From Blasia pusilla (Eukaryota): DNA of 64,000 bases. Under the pieces are notes generated by a model, which had not been told where the DNA came from, ran no database searches, and worked only from the letters and a program-made list of their open reading frames with translations. Positions 53,587 through 64,000 of the stretch are shown piece by piece. The position numbers and the translations under genes were made by a program. The stretch lies in NCBI GenBank assembly GCA_050084515.1, contig CM114271.1, forward strand, positions 45,570,001 to 45,634,000, in the 5' to 3' direction. The number at the start of each line of letters is the position of its first letter. Positions within the stretch are counted from its first letter, which is position 1.

Positions 53587-53991
53587 TGGAGATACTAAAG
53601 GATAGCCTCAAGAGGCCGAGTATGACCTGCTGAGGCCATGGATAACTTATGAGAGCTGGTTTTCCCTTTGTTTTGGCTCATTTGGTGCCATATTGAGGAA
53701 ATAAATATTTCGGGTAAGTTACCATTTTTTTTAGTTGACTTTCCACTTTGGAAAGTGGCCCTTGACCAACTAGAGTACGTCAAGAGCTAAGGAGATGACC
53801 TGCAAGCATAGCTTAATGCGGAGAGGGCTTGGGAGAGGGAAGGGTGTATGCCTCCAAGAGAGAAGGCTTGAGATCTCATTCTCTCTTTGTTTAACCTCTT
53901 GGCATGAGGCGGCAGAGCTATGGTCCTTGCCCTGTGTGTGCAACCCGCCTCTCATTAGGAGAATGGGTTTGGTTTGACATGAGAGAGAGTG
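53587..53991 (+). repeat. LTR piece of the same family as 16236-16880, interrupted by MULE copy 2
   Basis: Starts TGGAGATA; collinear with ~16445-16821 (TTGACTTTCCACTTTGG, CCTCTTGGCATGAGGCGGC, GGGTTTGGTTTGACA..GAGAGAGTG). Confidence 0.85.
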
Positions 53992-56900
53992 GGGGGCTGG
54001 TATTCTGGCAGGAGAGAGTAAGAGAGGAGAGGAAGAGAGGAAGAGAGGAGAGTCTCTCTTAAAAAAAAAGGGCCAAATCCGCCTCTTCTCTTCAAAACTT
54101 TTTGACATATTTGAAATTTTTGTTTGCTTTCAAATTCAAGAAATATTTAGAAGAGAGTATTTAGTGGTCCACATTTGGCCCTAAAAAACCTCCTCTTTCC
54201 TGGGGGCGAGAAAAAAGGAGACATCATAAGACCACTACAAACATTTTTCCATCACTCTCCATGTGAGCCTAAGTTTCTTAACATTCCCTGTCTCGGTCAA
54301 CAAAAAGCAGTGCCCTTGGTATTTTTGTTGGAGGACCACCCAGATGCCAACCTCTCTTTTTGCAGGGATTGTTGCCTGCATCATGGCCTCCCCTAAATTT
54401 CCCCATAATTACCCCATAACCATTCATAACTTGGTTATGAATGGTGTCTGCTCAAGACCAACTTTGTGAAATGTGAACACATCAGATCCTAAGGCTGAGA
54501 AACCGAGAAGCTGCACCCCTCCCAACCCGTAAGAAAGCTCACCATAAGAAAGGAAAGATTTTTAGAAGTGATTTTCTTCCACCCTGCACCCACGACGATC
54601 TAACAGGTTGGGAATCCGAAATGGCAATCCGACAGGTAGTAGGAATCCTGCACATCTTAGACAAGAAAAGAAGCCTACAACTGGTTTGACGAATGTAGGG
54701 GAACGAGCCAAAAGTTAAGAAGCCCGCCACAATGCATCAGAAGTTGGTCTCACCGGGATAGAGTCCGATCACTCAAGCAGTCAACCAGTCGGAATCCGAC
54801 AGCTTGCTTGGAAATGGTTAAAAAGTTGCAGTGGGAAAAAAGCAAAAATTTGCAACCCGTCGGAATCATACGGGTTGCAGAATTGTAATTCTGAGTAGCT
54901 AAAAGAACACAATCCACAAGTCCAAAAAAATATTCCAGCAAACTTTTACAAACACCATTATGGGTTGAAAAAATCTCGTCCTTTATTACCTCCGAAGGAA
55001 CCTTAGAAATGTACATTTGACCTAGTCTATGATTTCTTCAGCCTCATCATCTACAAATTTACTCCTAACTCTCCTCGGTGACAGTACCAAAGGAATGTCC
55101 TGGGATACAAGTGGCTCCCCAGGCCGATTGTAGACGGGGATCGAAAATGTTGGCGAATTCGAGAGCCTTGGGCCCCCCCTAGGTACACCATAACGGTCCC
55201 ATGTAACCTGATTTGAGTCCCACCGCCTTCCTCGACAGTATACCTTGTACGCTCTGCAATGTGACACCCATCCACTATCAATATGTGCTCTGTCCCCGGT
55301 AATACCATTATGGCAATCGCACAGGTAGTAGGAATCCAACACGTCTGAGAGAAGAAAAGAAGCCTACGCCTGCCTTTACGAGTTGAGGGGAAAGTGCCAA
55401 GGGAAGAAGCCCGCCAGACTGCCTCTTAAGTTGGACCAACAGGGAAAGAGTCCAATCAAGCAACTTGTCGGAATCCGACAGGTTGCCTGGAAGTGGTAAA
55501 AAGGGTGCAGTGGTCAAAAAGTGAAAAGTTGCAAGCAAGAGAAATCCGACGGGTTGCAGTGGTCATAAAGTGAAAAGTTGCAAGCAGGAGAAATCCGACG
55601 GGTTGCAAAATAGAAGTCCACGGAGTACATAGACGATCACATTCGAAAAGACAAAAAATGTTCAGCAAACTTTTACAAGCACCACCATCGCTCGAAAAAA
55701 TCTTCTGCTTTATATCATCCGAAAAAGCTCTGAATCAGACATTTGATCTATTCTATGAAATCTTTTGCCTCATCATCAAAAAACTCCCTACTCCAAACGC
55801 TGCAGTCAAGCTGGGTCATTGAGTTCTTTGAACTCACTCGTCATCGTCCGAGAGCTCTTGCAAAATTACTTTTGGCCTTGCCCTCCCGATTTTTGGAATC
55901 GTTGGAAGTGACGATGGAATCACTACCAAGGGTGGGTGGAACCGAGCTCTCCGCGGTGGAGAGTTGTACGCCCAACGAGCCTTTCGTGATTTCGCCTTTG
56001 CCTCCTTGCAAAGGTCAAACGATTCGCCTTCCCTCGAGGCGTAGAATGTTCTGCCACTCTGCCAGCGCCTTTGATACTTGCCCTGAAAGTCCCACTAAGT
56101 CGAACACCAAGTCACCCGGCCTTGAGCAGAGCTCGATGAGCGTTTGCATCAGGGCTGGCGACTTTTCCCTTCCTCCCAGAAGTGGGGTACTGTCTTGCAT
56201 ATAAATTCCCGGGGGGAAATTGTACAAACTATCTAAGTTGTATCCATCTTAGCATGGATCCACAGGATCCTGGATCTTGAACACCTGGAAATTGTGCTCG
56301 GGCCGAACGAAGCAGTACACGTAGGAGTGGTCCATCTGTAAATAAGCACGTTGGAAACAATGTCAAGAACTAAAGAAGTCGGCTTTGAGAACATTTTCAT
56401 TCATCGACTTTGGATCAACTGTCGAGTCCGACGGGTTGTTTTGTCCGGACCAACCCGCCGCCTTCCGACGGGTTGGGTGACTAAGACAACCCGTCGGGCT
56501 CCGTTGTTTTTGTCCGTGAGCAACCCATCGGAAGTCGACGGGTTGCTGGCCTAGAGCAGCCCATGCTCGCCTGAGAGCAACCCGTCGCTATCAGACGGGT
56601 TGCAGCTTTCCGGAAACAGAGGGAAAAACCAAAAGCAACTGCAACCGTCGGGTTCCGACGGGTTGTAGGTACACCACGGTTTTCCCTGTGTATGTGGGAA
56701 AGATGCAACCCGTCGGTTTCATCTTTCCCATCACGGACAAAAAAAACGGAGATTGACACTCATTATACTCACTCAACGGAGATGAACACTCATTATACAC
56801 ATCATTAAAATATAATTGAGATTATAGTACAGGAATTGAGCCTTACCCGAATCTGACTCGTCGCGGATCGGAGTGGGTACTCGTTTTTTATGATCCACGA

Positions 56901-58920
56901 TTGCGCCGTCCTCCACTTTAGCAACCTCTTGACGCACTCGAGGTTGAAGAGCTCGTCCTCGCTCCCTCCAGGCAACACCAAGAAGCAACCCCTGTCACTC
57001 AGATAGGCGTCTGCAAAGGAGAACAATAGCGCAATCTGGTCATAAGAGAGCGGCACATTCCACTCAGGTACCTCGTCCGACGGATTCTCGCCCCAAAGTC
57101 GTAACCTCGAGGGCAGATCACCGATCAAGAGATCCACCGCAACCTCTTCGACCACTCCATTCACCGCCCAGCGCGTGCGTGTTCGTTTGCTGGAGCTTCC
57201 GCCCAGCGTTGTCAATTTATCGATGGTGGTGTCGACGCTTGAGAATCAAGCTCTTGACTCATCCAAAGAAAGGAGTGAATCAAGGAGGACGCTTGTCCGG
57301 GTCGTTGTTTGTCTGTGTCTTTCCAAGGATGATGGACTGTATTCTCCTTGGGACAACCCTGGCACCTCTCGCTTTCGCTTCTCCCGAGTCTGCGGACGGT
57401 TTGTCGGGGTCTCTATGACCTCAGACTCTGGTGGGGTTGTTTTCGCCAGGACCTGGTCCGACCCTCTCTCCCCGCCGCCGACGATTCCGCCTCGGCCTTG
57501 AATCTTCAGCCTCTCTTTGGGAAGACTCGGCCTCTCGAAGTTTTCCTTCCTCGCCTTGCCTTTGAGACCCATTTGTGGATTTGTCTTTGGTGTGGGGACC
57601 TTGGAAGCCAACTCCGCTGTCTCGTGGGCCTGCTCTTTGCATCTCCTCCGAAGAAGTCTTCAGCCGCACTAAATTGGGGATGTTGTCTTGTCCTCGAGGC
57701 CCCTTTGCATCATGAAGCACTCGTAAATCCTTATCGGTGATGTCTTGAGGGTCGTTGAAGTCGAGCCAAATGGGGCAATTCTCCACCTCCCAATCGGACA
57801 TATGCTGCCCCATCTCCACGTCGTGCACATGGAGAATGTCTCGCATCCGGCGAAGCCCACAATTTCAAGGGTGCCGATAATTTTCCCCACGCACTGCATT
57901 CTTACATTGGATGAGGTACTTGAAGACCATCCGTTGGGCGCTTTTAGTCGAACAGTAATCGGCCGTCATTGTCCTCTGAGATCTCGCTTCTTCTTCGCTT
58001 GATCCCGTTTGTTCCCCTCTACTTCTTCGTCAAGCTCGCCGAGGAGGACGCAAACCTTGAACGTTGTCTTGAATCCTGGTTTTTGGTTGGCTTATCCCGG
58101 ATGTCGCCGAGCCAAATCTCAAATCTCGTAACTTTCAAGGTTTGCTTCATCGGGATGGGCTCTATTCTTCGAGCTCCGCTTGCAGGACCGCCCAAAGACG
58201 GACTTCCCGATAACCCGCAACGCGCCCCGTAACGACCATTTGCGGAGCGGTGGGAGATCATCGATCGGACACACCCAGAGGATGGTGTGCCGCCCTCTTC
58301 GGGCCTCTGTGCCCTCGAGACCGATTTTCATCGGTCGGATCCTCCTAAACTCGCTTATGCCGGATAACGCAAAACCGATGCACGCGATCCAGGGACACTT
58401 TCTCCCCAATCCGACCATGCAGATCTTCATCCCTTTTCGGGCGCTTGATAATCGCCTTGGCTCCTTGTAGAACTCCGGACCAAGTTTGGGGTTGAGAATC
58501 TTGATGTATCGCTGCATCTTGCTCGCCGTGTATTTCGTTCTTGTCGCAGATAGTGCGGTTCGATGAATTTCAGCAAGACCGAGACGCAGATACCTTCTCC
58601 CTCCGCTCCGGCTCGGTCAGGCGCTCTTCTTGCGGCCTGTATCTTCGACCAAAGCAAAGGATGGTTAATTTGCGCATCTTGGGAAATAAACTTATTTGCC
58701 CAAGTTTTCTTTTTAATCTGAGCACCCTTTGCAAGCATCAGATTGACAAGGGCATCGCCCAAGAACCCCCTGTAGTCTCCCAGAAGCGTCGTAAGCACCT
58801 TCCTCACCCGATTGCAGTCCTGGATCCAGTGGTGGGTGACATTCCCCTCCGATACAATCCTGCACATCCAAACTCAACCCGTCAGAAAATTTGTAAGTTA
58901 CATGGGTTCCTGCAACCCGT

Positions 58921-60194
58921 TGTCGTATAGTAAAATCAACCAGTGTGTAAACTCCTTCGTCATTAAGTGTTAGATAGAGTTTCATTAGTATTAAGTAAAT
59001 TGGCTTAGAAAAAGGAGATTCTTATGTTTAAACCTCTTTATGGTGCCTATTTTATGCGGGCCCAACTTTAGGAAAAGGAGGTAATAAATAAAAGATGACT
59101 TTATAAAAGTAAAGTAGTTGCTTTAATGAAAAGCAAAAGTAGTCTTGGTTGGTGGCTAGGTTAGTTGGGGTAATTTGGAAAATATCATGTGGGTAAAAGA
59201 GGATATTTTGGAAGAGATAAGAGGAAATCTACTTGTGTCAAAATGTGATTGGCTAAGCCTTGGGAGGAAGCCATGTGGCACAAGATAAGATAAGCTCTAT
59301 TTCGTACTCTTGTGGATCCCTTGTGAGTATATAAAGAGGAGGGACCTTCAAGGGTTCATCACCTTCTATTCCACATCTTGAGTCTCTCGTGTCTCTCTTG
59401 AGTGTATGGCTTTGGGATTGCTTGCTCTTCCAATGAGAGTGGATCACCCCTCTTGGGATAGTAACTTGACTTTGGTCTATTCTTTGAGAGATTTCTAGAG
59501 TGTGGTGTGTGTGTGTGGGGATGAGAGGTTTGTCACCGTAGAGGAGTTTAGTCATACTAAAATAGTGGAAGTTTTGGCTTGTTACTTCCCCAATGAGAGT
59601 GGATTACCCCTCTTGGGAGAATAACTCCGCCAAAAACCTATTCTTGAGGAGAGTAGAGAATGTGTGTCAAGCATGGATAGGGGTGGAGCACGAGCTGTGC
59701 CCGACTTTCCTTTCCTCAATCCTTACCATGTCAAGGTACTCTTTGTAGATAGGCACTGGTTCACTCGCTATTTAGTTTATCACTTTGGGGAGGCGTTCAT
59801 GAACCAGGTCATGCAATCTCCAACTCCGGTGATTCTTCTTATTGTCACATATGGAAGGACATGGGATTGTACTTTGTATGTCCTTATATAGCGATCCATG
59901 GATGTCAATAGGCCTGCTCAAGTAGGGTTTAACACTAGTTGTGCTATCTTCCTCGTGTACAAGCGTAAAATAGTTTATAGGGATTTTATAGTTAGGAATT
60001 TTGGGGTCCGATGTTACGAAGAAGTGATCGCCTAAGCACTTCCATTTGTGATACCTGTCGTGAGAGAATGGAGAGTGTACATCATAATTTTGTATTGAAA
60101 AAGGAGAACTTATTAGAGAGTTCACCTTGCATCAACCGCATCTACCGCAGCTAGAAGGCCCGCCCTTGCTCGAAGAAAGACTCTCGACACGACA
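58921..60194. mobile_element. Solo LTR (1274 bp), copy B, 4-bp TSD CCGT, inserted in a MULE palindrome
   Basis: TGTCGT..ACGACA; CCGT at 58917-58920 and 60195-60198; removal restores GCAACCCGTCGGACTCCGACGGG. Confidence 0.9.
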
Positions 60195-60800
60195 CCGTCG
60201 GACTCCGACGGGTCGTCACAGCTCAAGGTCGGATTCTAGCAACGAGCTAAATGATGCAACCCGTCGGAGTCCGACGGATTGCATTCAGATTTGCTAATGC
60301 CTGGTTTCAACCCATCGGACTCCGACGGGTTGTGCAACTGAACATACTAATGTGAACATAGCAATTTGACGCGAAATTTGGGGAAACAACTTCCGAATGC
60401 AACCCGTCGGACTCGGAGGGGTTGATTTCGGCCAAAAACAGTTTTGAGGCAAGCAACCCGTCGGACTCCGACGGGTTGCTTTGGGCAAAAAATATTCTAA
60501 ACCTGCGGTCAGTCGAACAACTCGTCGGAGTTCGACGAGTTGCATTCTTCAAAAAACATCCTGACAAGGCGGTGAGACGAGCAACCCGTCGGACTCTGAC
60601 GGTTTGCTTTGGGCCAAAAACTAATTAAATCTGTGGTCAATCGAACAACTCGTCGGAGTCCGACGAGTTGCATTCTTAAAAAAACATCCGAAAAAGTGTC
60701 GAGTCGAGCAACCCGTCGGAGTCCGACGAGTTGCTTTCGGCAAAAAAAAACCTAACCCATTCATCAATCGAGCAACTCGTCGGAGTCCGACGAGTTGCGT
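60195..60800. repeat. Regular palindrome array (~64-bp period) in the intron after the ParB-like exon
   Basis: Units near 60256, 60307, 60399, 60453, 60517, 60581, 60645, 60708, 60772; 60451-60481 is a perfect inverted repeat around one central base. Confidence 0.93.
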
Positions 60801-62377
60801 AAAGTGTTAAAGATACTCACGGTTCATGGCATGCATTGCCATCTCCACCGTCGCCATGTGATGAAGGAATGGGTGAAGGACCACTGCCTTCAGAAATGTG
60901 CCTCCAATGAGTTGGGCCGCTCCTCCGCAAACTTGGTCCACGCCATGAACCTGTGATTTCCATCCCAGATGAAGAAATGCAGATTCCTCATCCAGCTGAA
61001 TTCCGCGAACTCAACTTGCCTTCTGAAATCCTGGTCTCGCATCCTCTAGAATGTGTCAAGCTTTTCCAAGTCCTTCTCCGTAACCAGAGCTTGGGTTCCA
61101 TGCTCGTCGTAAGGCTGAACATAGAAGGGAGGAAAGCTGTCCACGTAGGATGCTGTCGCCGCCGATTGTTTAAGCTTCGCGATGTCCTCGTCGGACTGAA
61201 TTTTATGGACGTATTCCATTGTCCGCAATCGGCAGAGTGGAATCCTCGGGGCGTTGTGGCCTCCATGAGTGCCATCTGCTTTACCACCTGTCAGAACCGG
61301 GACAAGATGAATAAGCTACACTGAATTCCCAATGAATTGCAATTCACATAATTCAAAAAACCCAGATCCTCTCTTACCCGCTCGAAAATGGGGTTGGTTT
61401 CTTGACCAGCTAACTTGTCTGAGACAGAAGCTGGAAAATCGACTGGGAACTCGTCGATCCGATAGAGGTCGATGTCCTCCGCCGGGCTTGGAGTCGAGAA
61501 TGACCGCTCTCCGGCTTCTTCGCCATGTCCACCATCTCCACGCTGGCGGTCCTCATGACCTCGTCGTCATCGATTTCAACTTCTGGCGCTTCCACTATGT
61601 TGATTGTGTCCCCGGACTTCATGGGGGACATTTCCCGCATCTCAACACTTTCGGTTGGACGGGCAGGGCTATCTTCAATGGCTATCGCTTTTTCCCTCCT
61701 CGCTTTAGCCAATTCTGCTCTCCTCACCGACGCGTCCAGACGCTTCTTTTCTCTCTTTTCGTCGGCGATCCTTTTCTTCAAGGCCTGCAACGTCTCAGCC
61801 TCTGCGTTCTGTTTATCGAGCGCCTCTTGAACACGTCTTGCAAGAAGCACTTGGTTGTGCATCTCCGCTTCCCTTTCCCGCTCCTCGATTTCCTGCTGCC
61901 TAATTTCATTTGCCAAACGAGGCCGGAGATCTTGACGCAGAGTCCTAATGGACTTGAGTGAAGCTCCTGACTTGTTGGCTTGTGATTTTTTCCTCATCAT
62001 TTTTTCCGGAAATGCCTCCATCTATGTCCACGACGAATCCCTTGATCAGTCGCCTTGCTGATGTCGAGATGGGTAGCTTGAATTGCCTTGATGGGTAGCT
62101 CGAATCGTCTCGCGATCGTTCAGTTGAACCGTCTCGCTGTCGTTCGGTCAAACCGTCTCGCTGTCGTTCCCTCCTATCGACTCGCGATGTGTCTCCGTGT
62201 GAAACGCCCTTCAGATCGATCATCGCGCGGGAGAGTGAGGAATGAAGATCGCGAAATGAGAAACCGAAATGAGCGATTTTCGCCCTATTCATACTTTTCT
62301 AGCCGTTTGGTGACCGTTGGGTCCCGGTCCTTCGACGGCAACGCGTCGGAGGTTATGGAAGTCCAGAGGTGAAAAAT

Positions 62378-62975
62378 GGCAACCCGTCGGAGTCCGACAG
62401 TTGCGCGCGCCTCCGCCATCCTAGGTACGCCGCCACGCGCGCGCGAAAGCAACCCGTCGAGACCGACGGGTTGAGCGCCGCCGTCCTTTTCGAAAAGAAC
62501 GCGAGGTACCGTGCAACCCGTCGGAGACCGACATGTTGCGCGCCTCCGCCCGTGTTTGGGACGGAACGGACGTACCAGGAAATCCGTCGGAGACCGCTGC
62601 GGTTGCACGCCCTCGTCAAGGGTTAAGAACGCAGCTTCCGTGCAAGTCGCCGAGTCCGGCCTGGTCGCACACTTCATGTAAGCACCACAAGGCGAGGCCC
62701 TTGCGCAACTCGTTGGAAGGCGACGGGTTGCACGCCTCGCCGTCTTTGGGCAAATAGGTGAGGCACCCGCGGAACTCGTTGGGAACAGACGGTTTGCACG
62801 CCTCCGGCATCTTCGGGCAAGAAGGAGCGGTATCCGAGCAACTCGTCGGAGAGCGACGGGTTGCTTGCTTCGTCAATGTTTGGTAGAAGCATGCAACCCG
62901 TCCGAAGCCAACAGGTTGTAGGCTTCAGTTAGCTTCGGGTAATTTTGGAGTTACCAGGACTCCGACGGGTTCCAA
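62378..62975. promoter_or_regulatory. CpG-rich palindrome array in the head-to-head intergenic region (putative bidirectional promoter)
   Basis: Multiple GCAACCCGTCGGAG..CGACGGGTTGC variants between the - strand cargo gene (~62292) and the transposase ATG (63194). Function is inferred. Confidence 0.6.
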
Positions 62976-63193
62976 GTGTGATTTGCAACCCTCTACTTCC
63001 CAAATCCAGTAACATATTGCAATAGAATTGAATGTGTTACAGAATTGGATCCATTGTGTCAGACAATGTCACCCACCAAATTCATCTTGTCAGTAAAAAT
63101 CTGTCAGGAGTATCTATTTTCCTATTCACTATAAATTAAAAATTCTCATTCTCATTCTCATTCTCAGTCTCCTCCCGTTGGAATCTTCTTGGA

Positions 63194-64000
63194 ATGGATA
63201 ATTATGTTAAGCTCACTTGTGGTAGTCATCTGGCGGCCCTTCCTCAATCAGAAATCATTCGACCCCAAGCTCGTGAGTCTTTCATAGCAAAGTGGATGAA
63301 AATTTTTCATCTGCTCGATTTCTTCTCCAATTGGAACCATCTTTGTATCCAAAGATATTAGGTGGACGATACGGAAGACATAATAGGTGAGACGGTCCAG
63401 CCAAAGTGACCTCGCATCGTAAAGTATGGAATCTCCTACCTCTAGCAAATGGTCAATACAGAGTTTACGGCCTGCCCCTGAATTCGTCTGTTTCCCAAGT
63501 AGACGGTCTAGAATTTCCTAGTGCTCCGAGCTCTATGTTTGCAACTCCAAGCTCTGCAGATCCGGCTTCCACTCCAACTTTGCACGCTCGTAACAATGTT
63601 GTTCTTCCTGAAGAGATTCCGGATGTTATCAACCTCAGTGGATCCGCTCGGACACCAATTGGGCCCTCTGTCGCCTACTGTTCCTCTTGCGAGTATTAGG
63701 CAATAGTTTGCTTTGCCTCTCGGCCTTGAAAATGTTCAAGCACATTCTTGTCGATTTAGCCGCCGCCCACGTACGATGGTAATTGCATTTTTGAGTTGCC
63801 TCCACTTGCTGCTCCTGCTCAAAAGAAGGATGGAGGATGCTTGAAGGGTATGGACAGAAAGTCTGATTGTCATCGATGGTGCAGGCTTCAACGGACTAGT
63901 GCTTCCATTCCATATGGTCCTTGGATTGTCTCCCTCCGCCAATGCCTGGGAGCCTTGGAGTGTAGAAGTCCAGCATGCCCGTATCTAGAGCGCAACGGGC
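63194..64000 (+). pseudogene. MULE transposase copy 2, 5' part (frameshifted, cut by window end)
   Basis: Homologous to 7968-8770; MDNYVKLT start; CLGALECRSPACPYLERNG. Confidence 0.88.

Larger units (their letters stand above)
55830..62292 (-). pseudogene. MULE cargo gene region: coiled coil, ParB/Srx-like domain, helical linker and beta-class amino-methyltransferase-like domain (probably one multi-exon gene, frameshifted)
   Basis: Coiled-coil ORF 61410-62021; exon 60821-61287 with FFIWDGNHRFMAW (DGNHR at 60950-60964) and AVVLHP..EMAMHAMN|GTGAGT; VDLLIGDLPS; in-frame intron 56336-56846 (SQIR|MDHSYVYCF); RPGDLVFDLVGLSG. Confidence 0.75.
53992..64000. mobile_element. Mutator-like element copy 2 (runs off the window); retains a 2.64-kb segment missing from copy 1
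   Basis: Same left terminus GGGGGCTGGTATTCTGGCAGG as 2620; collinear with copy 1; predicted TSD GAGAGAGTG (53983-53991). Confidence 0.92.

Noticed and set aside
60195-60800. CRISPR-like look (palindromic repeats with ~37-bp spacers)
   Set aside because: Spacers are related to each other, repeats vary, no cas genes are visible, and the context is an intron of a eukaryotic transposon.

Overview
Eukaryotic, land-plant-type DNA (spliceosomal introns, a malectin-like receptor kinase), almost all nested and mostly degenerate transposons. 1-17004 is a decayed Ty3/gypsy LTR retrotransposon. Its pol has a C5 DNA-cytosine methyltransferase domain between protease and RT, and a PHD finger after integrase. 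A 9.7-kb Mutator-like (MULE) element with a 9-bp TSD (2620-12356) interrupts its RT. A second, longer copy (53992 to beyond 64000) sits in an LTR of the same retroelement family. Opposite its transposase, the MULE carries an intron-containing gene region with a coiled coil, a ParB/Srx-type DGNHR domain (copy 2 only) and a beta-class N4C/N6A methyltransferase-like domain. Its introns and divergent promoter hold arrays of the palindrome GCAACCCGTCGGA-N-TCCGACGGGTTGC. This MULE module is the best candidate for an undescribed system. The window also has two near-identical 1.28-kb solo LTRs with 4-bp TSDs, hAT, CACTA-like and copia remnants, a tandem 3'-ORF-LTR retroelement, ~181-bp and ~340-bp tandem repeats, and a ~3.5-kb inverted duplication of a broken receptor kinase gene. 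All domain calls come from motif recognition by eye; no database search was run.
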